Part shown: piece after piece, positions 61,901 to 64,000 of the stretch
Layout of the letters: each line of letters starts with the position of its first letter
Numbering within the stretch: position 1 is the stretch's first letter
Assembly (NCBI GenBank): GCA_000004695.1
Contig: CM000153.2
Coordinates: forward strand, 4,224,001-4,288,000
Length of the DNA stretch: 64,000 bases
Source of the DNA: Dictyostelium discoideum
Lineage: Eukaryota
Direction: 5' to 3'
The notes under the pieces: generated by a model
The model's database searches: none
Told to the model about the DNA's origin: nothing
Seen by the model: the letters and a program-made list of their open reading frames with translations, nothing else
Made by a program: the position numbers and the translations under genes

Positions 61901-62175
61901 ATGTCATCTGATAAAGGAACTGAAAGTATGTATTATAAATTTACTATATTTTTTAATTTTTTTTTTTTTTTAAAAAATACTTATTATTTTTTTTTTTTTT
62001 TTTACAAGATAAACCAAAAACCATTAATTTTAATGATGAATTAGATAAAAAAGGTTCTTTCATACGTGTTCAAAGTTCATTCCGTAATTTTATTTCATCA
62101 AATCCAGATGCAGAGTTTAAACCAGAAGCAAATCGTTATCATATTTATATCTCTCTTGCTTGTCCAGTAGGTATT

Positions 62176-62207
<32 letters not shown>

Positions 62208-62791
62208 TATTAATACTAATAATAATTATTAAAATTAGTGGGCATCTTCAGTTTATTTAACTTTAGAAATGAAAGGATTACAAGATGTAATTGGTGTTTC
62301 AATTGTAGATTATTTATTACAAGAGGGTGGTTGGCATTTTTCTGAAAGGGAAGGTTCAACAGTAGATAAAATTAATGGATTCAATTTTTTAAGACAAGTC
62401 TATGAGCTCTCTGATAAAAACTTTAATGGACGTGTTACCGTACCTGTACTTTTTGATACCAAAACTAAAAAGATTGTCAACAATGAATCACCAGAAATCA
62501 TTCGTATGCTCAATAGTGAATTCAATCAATTCGCTAAACATCCAGAAATTGATTTAAACCCAACTGAATTACAAACTCAAATTCAAGAAATCTATGATTT
62601 CATCTATCCAAATATTAACAATGGCGTTTATCGTTGTGGTTTTGCAATCTCTCAAGAAGCTTACTCTGATGCTTTTGAAAAATTATTTAATGCTTTAGAT
62701 AAAGCTGAAGATATCTTATCAAAACAACGTTATTTAGTTGGTTCAAAATTTACTTATGTTGATATTAGGTATGTATATTTTTTTTTTAATA

Positions 62792-62826
<35 letters not shown>

Positions 62827-63138
62827 CTTTTTCATAATACTTACTTTTTTTTTATTTTTTTTTAAAAAAAAAAAAGATTATTTGTCACATTAATTAGATT
62901 TGATTGTGTCTATGTTGGTCATTTCAAATGTAATAAAAAACAAATCAAAGAATATCCAAATCTTTCAAACTTTGTTCGTGAAATCTATCAAATGGAAGGT
63001 ACTAAAAAGACTGTAGACTTTTTCCATATTAAACATCATTATTATGAATCTCATAGAACCATCAATCCATACGGTATCGTTCCAGTTGGTCCAAATATGG
63101 ACTGGGTTAATGAACCACACAACCGTGCAAACCTTTAA
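61901..63138 (+). CDS. Xi-class glutathione transferase / glutathionyl-hydroquinone reductase (ECM4/YqjG-like), 324 aa. Exons: 61901..61925, 62009..62166, 62239..62768, 62877..63138.
   Basis: Splicing reconstructs ...EANRYHIYISLACP|WASSVYL.... The CPWA active-site motif is split across a phase-0 GTAGGT intron. GSHQR features include RVTVPVLFDTKTKKIVNNES, YRCGFAISQEAY, VDIR|LFVTLIRFDCVYVGHFKCN (AG|GTATGT phase-2 intron) and a C-terminal HIKHHYYESHRTINPYGIVPVGP. The first donor is A|GTATGT, phase 1. Confidence 0.85.
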
Positions 63139-63301
63139 AAAATTTTCAAGGATAAATAAAAAAAATATATGTATTTAATGTTTACTATTACTACTATTAT
63201 TTGAACCTTTATCAACCAATTATAGTTTGGAATTGTAAAGAATATTAATTTTCTTTATTTGAATTCGAATAAATCTTTTTTAATTTAGATCCAAATTTTT
63301 C

Positions 63302-63332
<31 letters not shown>

Positions 63333-63658
63333 GGATCACATCATGTGTTTAATTATTCTTATCATTAATGATGGTAACTCTACCCCCAAAAAAAAAAAAC
63401 ACAATTAAAAAATAAATCAGGTTCTCATTAGTTGAATGAGATTTTTATTATTTTATTTCTCAAATTTAATTCTTCAATATATATTTTTTTTATTTTTGAC
63501 GGAAATAGTATAACTAATGTACCAAATATGGTAGTATTGGATTTACAAAAATAAAAATAAAAAGATTGTTGGAAAATTTTTAATGGAAAAAAAAAGAAAA
63601 AAAAAATCTAAAAAAGGATCCTTTTATTAATTTGGATTTTGTAATTATTTATTTTTTT

Positions 63659-64000
63659 TCATTCATAAAATTATTGTTATTGCTACTATCGTTACTATAG
63701 CTATTGTTAATATGATTATTTTGATCATTGTTATTGTTGTTATAATTACCATTATTATTGTTGTGATTATTATGATTATTATTATTATTATTATTATTGT
63801 TATTATTGTTATTATTTTTATTATTATTATTATGATCATTATTGTTGTTATAATAGCTATTATTATTATTATTATTGTAATAGTGATTATGATTATAGTT
63901 ATTGTTGCTGTTATTATTACTATAATTACTATTATTATAATTATTATTATTATTATAATTATTATTATTATTATTATTATAATTATTATTATAATTATTA
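63659..64000 (-). CDS. 3' end of an Asn/His-rich gene that runs off the window end (partial)
   Basis: The minus strand reads ...NNNNHNNHNN..NDQNNHINNSYSNDSSNNNNFMNEKK* with the stop at 63661..63659. The open frame continues to the window edge. Low-complexity composition only, no identifiable domain. Confidence 0.3.

Overview
This 64-kb window is extremely AT-rich, roughly 78-80% A+T overall and above 90% in intergenic stretches. Most genes carry 1-3 short introns of about 80-390 bp with GTAAGT, GTATGT or GTAAAT donors and AG acceptors. Coding (AAT)n and (CAA)n microsatellites give long poly-Asn and poly-Gln tracts. I read it as nuclear DNA of a Dictyostelium discoideum-like social amoeba, not a prokaryote, so the provided ORFs often need splicing together.

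The ORF track uses TTG and GTG as starts. Several of its 'M' residues (13363, 28898, 36224, 40827, 42098, 48621, 60423, and the GTG-initiated 43268..46066 ORF) are internal codons of spliced exons.

I can support about 27 protein-coding genes on both strands. Recognisable products are: a G-protein alpha subunit, a SWEET sugar transporter, a SERHL-like alpha/beta hydrolase, an AIF/FSP1-like FAD oxidoreductase, BCKDH E1-alpha, a DNAJC3/p58IPK-like TPR plus J-domain co-chaperone, a TTC4/Cns1 homologue, a bifunctional ArgB-ArgC (ARG5,6-type) enzyme, a DCC-family (DUF393) thiol-disulfide oxidoreductase, profilin II, a GH9 cellulase and a Xi-class GST (glutathionyl-hydroquinone reductase). There is also a partial Cdc16/APC6-like gene at the window start and a group of F-box-like proteins rich in low-complexity sequence.

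Four observations deserve most attention:
- The 50-58 kb stretch is gene-poor and duplication-rich. It holds paralogous pseudogene copies, a profilin pseudogene fragment duplicated together with intron sequence, and dispersed repeats.
- The GH9 cellulase has an in-frame TGA exactly where a conserved Trp codon is expected.
- A small Cys-rich ORF is split by a single homopolymer-length frameshift.
- Two tandem paralogues (40645-42640) encode a 4-TM membrane protein of unknown family.

I found no tRNA or rRNA genes, no CRISPR array and no clearly intact transposon. All coordinates were hand-indexed and may be off by 1-2 nt.
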